A stretch of DNA of 64,000 nucleotides, from positions 9,749,097 to 9,813,096 of the forward strand of contig CM082598.2 in assembly GCA_040954595.2 (NCBI GenBank). Reading direction: 5' to 3'. Both the position numbers and the translations under genes were made by a program. The DNA comes from Balanoglossus misakiensis. Its lineage: Eukaryota > Animalia > Hemichordata. The notes below the pieces were generated by a model that was not told where the DNA came from, searched no databases, and was given only the letters and a program-made list of their open reading frames with translations. Positions 61,513 to 64,000 of this stretch are shown piece by piece; positions within the stretch are counted from its first letter, which is position 1, and each line of letters begins with the position of its first letter.

Positions 61513-64000
61513 TAAGTACTGTATTATCGTTACACAGGCTCGATCGTATCATGGATGATCGTATCCCGGGATCGTATCAGCATCTTGAAGTCCTATTTTT
61601 CACACGCAAAGGTCCCGGGTTCATGTGGGCGCGCACAACACGTAACTACACTCATGCTATAGAAATACACACAGTCGTTTTTCAACATAAAAATATTACC
61701 TTTATTTAGACATAAAACCGCTAAGGGCAAGTATACCAATCACGGAAGCAAGTAGTCAGATTCATCGCGCGATTCATCGGATGCGCATTTCGCACTCGTT
61801 TAATAGCTAGTTTCACTCAGACTCAGCTACAAAAATCGACAAACCAAAGAGTTCTTATTAAAGTCTTATTAAAGGTATACGGTCACCTATGGAAAATTAG
61901 CTATAGTTACCATGGCGAATTGAGATCTAGCCAATCATGGATTTTCAGTGGGTGGCACACGCGAAAAAAAGAGCGCCACCATATGTTCTTTAGAACGCTT
62001 AGCCAAATATGGGCGTATGTAAATTGGAGGTGACCGTATACCTTTAAAGGTCAGTATTTAACCAAACGGAAATTACGTGGATCGTGTATTTTGTACACGA
62101 GTACAACATATCAAGTTATCATCTTGAAATAAAGTTGAATGTCGCGATACTTTCAAAACCCCTCGATCGGTACGACTGTGCTTTTTAGAAGCTGGCTTTT
62201 ATTCAAGCTTGTTGGTTGCACATGATCACAGCGCACAATGCAAGTACCAGTGGTCGCAGAATGCAAATGCTAGTGGTCGCAGAATCAAAGTGCTAGTGGT
62301 CGCAGAATCGAAGTGCTAGTGGTCGCAGATAGCATTTTCCTCAAAGTGTGACTAGCACTTTCTTGTCGCACAATGTGTTTTGAGACACCCGTATATACCT
62401 GCATTATCACCAGCATCAGCATCAGCAGCTTCAAGTCCACTGTAGCATATAGCAATCACGTTAGTCCCTTAAACACACCCTCAGCCATGACTTCAAGTCA
62501 GTTATTAACCTTTCACTGCCAAAGTTCATCTTGATACCATATAATCCACCCTCTTCAATTCCTCCAGCCATGCTGTCCACCCAGTCACTCCACCCTCTTC
62601 AATCCCTCCAGCCAGACACATCCCTCCAGTCATGTATTCCATTCCAGCTGGTCACTGTCCATTGAATCGCTCACCCTCATGAAGTACACCACTGTTCATC
62701 TAACCACACTTCCCCAAAAGTGTCATTAAAAATCAAATAGTCCATTCCATCTTTTTATTATATTATATCATATCACTTTTATATCATTTTATATCTCTTT
62801 CTGATACTTTCATGGTGGAAGACCTGTTTCAAAATTGTGTGATGGATGTGTGTGTCCGATTCATGTGTGTGTGTGTGTGTGTCAGTAATGAAAACCACCA
62901 TCAAAAGTGACTGTTTGAGTGTTTCCAAGACATCATCATATCATTTACTGTAGCACAAACAGACATATACACATTTTACCAACAGCATGATGCATGACAT
63001 TAAGCTCTGCATGTAAACAACTGCATCATAGCTTAACATCTAGGCTTGTAGCTTCATTGATTGTTGCAGGAGGTCACTCTTGGTAAATGACGTAATAATG
63101 ACATAGCCTTGACGCTGCCACTGGATGAAGGTTGGGGGGGGGGGGGGCAATGTGCAAATTGAAATGGTTAATCGTGGAAAACTCAAATTACCCATAATAC
63201 TTAATAGCCAAGTCACAGTCAAGTCTACTGCTGTAGTAGAAAAGTTTAAAAAATATTTTTTTAATCACTATATCAGGCATTTCCTAGTATCCCAAATAGG
63301 CTCCATTTACATGCTCCTTAAATAAAACAAAAACATTATACAATGCAGCAGACAAGTAAACATTATGCGAAAAAATAAAACACAGAAATTTGCACACAAT
63401 AAATAGTCAAGATCATAAGTGTCTCTTCATTGGTAGTACCCAAACCAAAGTGAAAATTCATAGTGAACTAATTGAGATGCAGATCTCCACTAGAAAGTTT
63501 ATTGGTTTACTGCCTACCAGTATATGGCCTTGTATCATCAATAGGGTGACAGTGTCATTCACTGCGAAGAACCTCCTGCTACTTCATTGCATCTAGCCTT
63601 GGTGTGTGGATCCATGTGGAGACATTCCATAGATCACTAATGTGACATACCGCATGAAGTTGGCTGTAGCTGAACTGACACTTGCTTTGCAGCTTTTCTG
63701 TAATGCTTGGGCTAAATGGTGCACTCATTTATACAGTGAAACCTGTCTAAACCAAACCTGTCTAATCTGGAAACCAGTATATATACCGAACACCTTTTCT
63801 CGTCACTTTGACCCAGAAGCACAATGTTAAATGAACATATAAACAAAACACATCTACAAACCGAACAGTTATTTCATTCCTTTTGGTGTTCGGTTTAGAA
63901 AGGTTTTATTGTAGATTGGTATTAATTATCATTGAAATTTGCTTTACAGCTATGGGTTGCAGCATGTATATACCACAGACATTTCTCAGTTGATTTTCAT

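Noticed and set aside
59353-64000. Further dynein exons
   Set aside because: No phase-compatible segment with dynein-like sequence found; the next exon is probably beyond the window.

Overview
AT-rich, repeat-dense animal genomic DNA; the repeat landscape suggests a marine invertebrate (inference, species not determinable). The window is the middle of one + strand gene, an axonemal dynein heavy chain most like DNAH1. I can join 25 exons (2011..59352, 4506 nt, about 1502 aa, open frame and consistent phases) covering AAA3, AAA4, stalk/MTBD, AAA5 and the run-up to AAA6; one intron is GC-AG. The gene start and end lie outside the window. The introns hold degenerate Gypsy LTR retrotransposons, a near-intact Tc1-like transposase with unusual DD42E spacing, many TTAA-flanked Kolobok-type MITEs, Helentron/DINE-like elements, Harbinger-, P-, hAT- and Academ-like MITEs and a tRNA-SINE, often nested. 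The most unusual signal is a set of seven non-coding elements from several sequence families with a shared design: a 100-165 nt hairpin interrupted by opposed GA/GA dinucleotides, usually followed by an inverted-repeat-bounded body. In the one case with empty sites to compare, the element inserted without a target-site duplication.
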